Program-made: the position numbers and the translations under genes | In this document: one piece after another, positions 62,405-64,000 of the stretch | Numbering within the stretch: position 1 is the first letter of the stretch | Layout: every line of letters starts with the position of its first letter | Source: an uncultured Actinomycetota bacterium | GTDB lineage: Bacteria > Actinomycetota > Actinomycetes > CAVWCF01 | Assembly (NCBI GenBank): GCA_963753435.1 | Contig: CAVWCF010000005.1 | Coordinates: forward strand, 64,001-128,000 | Length of the DNA: 64,000 bases | Direction of reading: 5' to 3' | The notes under the pieces: generated by a model | Told to the model about the DNA's origin: nothing | The model's input: only the letters and a program-made list of their open reading frames with translations | Databases searched by the model: none

Positions 62405-63331
62405 GTGGGGCAGTACACGCTGCGGCGACTGCTGCAGATGATCCCGGTCTTCCTCGGCACGACCTTCTTCATCTTCGCGATGGTCTTTGCCCTTCCCGGT
62501 GACCCGTTCGCCGGCAAGTGCGGGGACCGGCCGTGTCCGGAGCAGTACGTAGCGGCTCAGACGGAGAAGTACGGCCTGGACCAGCCGCTCATGGTCCAGT
62601 ACGCCAAGTACATGGGCAATTTGCTGACCGGTGACTTCGGGGAGACGTTCAGCGGGGAGCCGGTGATCAACGAGTTGGCCCGGGCGTTCCCTATCTCGTT
62701 CAAGTTGACCTCGATGGCGATCATCATCGAAGTCATATTCGGGATCAGCGCCGGGGTCTTATCCGCGCTCAGACGCGGCAGTTTCCTGGACAACCTGGTG
62801 CTGGTCTCCACTTTGGCCGTGATCTCGATCCCAGTCTTCGTGCTGGGCTACTCCGCCCAGTACTTCTTCGGAGTCCAACTCGGATGGTTCCCACCGACGG
62901 TAAGTTCCGGCGCTCCGCTGAGTGACTTGATCCTGCCGGCGTTCGTCCTGGCGGCGTTGTCGCTGGCGTTCGTGGCCCGACTCATGCGCACAACCATGTC
63001 GGAGAACATCCGGGCCGACTACGTGCGAACCGCGACCGCCAAGGGTCTGCCTCGTCGCGACGTGGTCCAGCACCACATCATGCGCAACTCCCTGATCCCA
63101 GTGATCACGTTCATCGGACTTGACTTCGGCGCGCTCATGGGTGGCGCCGTGGTCACCGAGGGCATCTTCAACATCAAGGGCGTTGGCGGACTTATCTTCC
63201 TGGGCATCCGAACCCGCGAAGGCGCGACCGTCACCGCGGCGATCACCGTGATCGTATTGGTGGTCCTGCTCATCAACCTGCTCGTCGACCTGTTGTACGG
63301 CGTACTCGACCCGAGGATCCGCTATGAGTGA
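62405..63331 (+). CDS. Peptide ABC transporter permease (DppB/OppB family)
   Basis: RRLLQMIP, LPGDP, DYVRTATAKGL, DLLYGVLDPRIR. Confidence 0.95.
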   Translation: MGQYTLRRLLQMIPVFLGTTFFIFAMVFALPGDPFAGKCGDRPCPEQYVAAQTEKYGLDQPLMVQYAKYMGNLLTGDFGETFSGEPVINELARAFPISFKLTSMAIIIEVIFGISAGVLSALRRGSFLDNLVLVSTLAVISIPVFVLGYSAQYFFGVQLGWFPPTVSSGAPLSDLILPAFVLAALSLAFVARLMRTTMSENIRADYVRTATAKGLPRRDVVQHHIMRNSLIPVITFIGLDFGALMGGAVVTEGIFNIKGVGGLIFLGIRTREGATVTAAITVIVLVVLLINLLVDLLYGVLDPRIRYE

Positions 63332-64000
63332 CCCGGCTTCCGGCATCCGCGACGCGAGCCGCCTGACCGAAGTCGATGATCGGCTCGACAGACTCGACCA
63401 CGTTGACGATGAGGCAACGGTCGATATCGGCAAGCCGCGCTCGTTGTGGAACGACGCTTGGGATGACCTCAAGCACAACAAACTGTTCTGGTTCGCGGCC
63501 GCGTTGGTCTTCGTATTCATCCTCATGGCGTTGGTGCCCAGCCTGTTCACCCTATTCAGCCCCAACAAGGACCCGCGCTTCTGTCTGGGCTCGCTGTCCC
63601 GGCAGCCACCGAGCTCAGAAGCCTGGTTCGGCTACGACACCCAAGGCTGCGACGTTTACGCCCGCACCATCTATGGCGCGCGTCCATCCATCATGGTCGG
63701 CGTGCTGACGACCATCTTCGCCGTGACCGTGGGCGGGGTACTGGGCGTCCTGGGGGGTTTCTACGGCGGCTGGTGGGACTCGATCACCTCTCGGTTCACT
63801 GAGATCTTCTTCGCCATCCCGCTGCTCCTCGGCGGCGTGCTGATTCTGACCGCGTTGCCGTCGGGTCCGGATACCTCGGAGATCGAGAACATCCTCAAGG
63901 TGGTGCTGGCCATCGGGATCCTCGCTTGGACGACCATCGCCAGGATCATGAGATCCAGCGTGATCCAAGTGAAGAACGCCGACTTCGTTCAGGCGGCCCG
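63324..64000 (+). CDS. Peptide ABC transporter permease (DppC/OppC family), truncated by the window end
   Basis: ATG 63324 overlapping the dppB end; RSLWNDAW, WFGYDTQGCDVYARTIYGARPS, ARIMRSSV..DFVQAA. Confidence 0.92.
   Translation, partial: MSDPASGIRDASRLTEVDDRLDRLDHVDDEATVDIGKPRSLWNDAWDDLKHNKLFWFAAALVFVFILMALVPSLFTLFSPNKDPRFCLGSLSRQPPSSEAWFGYDTQGCDVYARTIYGARPSIMVGVLTTIFAVTVGGVLGVLGGFYGGWWDSITSRFTEIFFAIPLLLGGVLILTALPSGPDTSEIENILKVVLAIGILAWTTIARIMRSSVIQVKNADFVQAA

Overview
High-GC actinobacterial chromosomal segment; an MCP with a sigma28-type promoter suggests a motile lineage. The backbone is the conserved actinobacterial block: SGNH hydrolase, cbs, msrA, metB, VWA/AAA pair, ilvA, greA, DUF4307, YyaL, cis-prenyltransferase, PhoH2, lytic transglycosylase, fumC, class I fumarase, glpX, xseB/xseA, ispH, rmuC, ychF, then PCD, mutT, the Sdh1-type operon, typA and a Dpp/Opp peptide ABC operon truncated at the window end. 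Accessory insertions include a chemoreceptor, a GGDEF-EAL protein, a frameshifted repeat-rich secreted protein, a NodIJ-like ABC pair, and a ~12.6 kb variable region after ychF (class F sortase plus substrate, tandem MarR, CopZ-MFS, LAXTG protein, 5'-nucleotidase, 16-aa repeat protein). I found no tRNA, rRNA, CRISPR array, transposase, integrase or reverse transcriptase. The best leads are: (1) SdhB fused in frame to a ~190-aa TPR-like domain; (2) a CopZ chaperone translationally coupled to a Met-enriched DHA2 MFS rather than to CopA; (3) a sharply bounded C-depleted, G/T-skewed tract covering only the MCP signalling domain; (4) a membrane protein with synonymously diverging 16-aa repeats; (5) a 'hypothetical' with an RHH-like C-terminus and an operator-like palindrome on its own start; (6) two structured 5' leaders (phoH2 and the lytic transglycosylase). 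All assignments were made by eye from motifs and recalled synteny; no searches were run.
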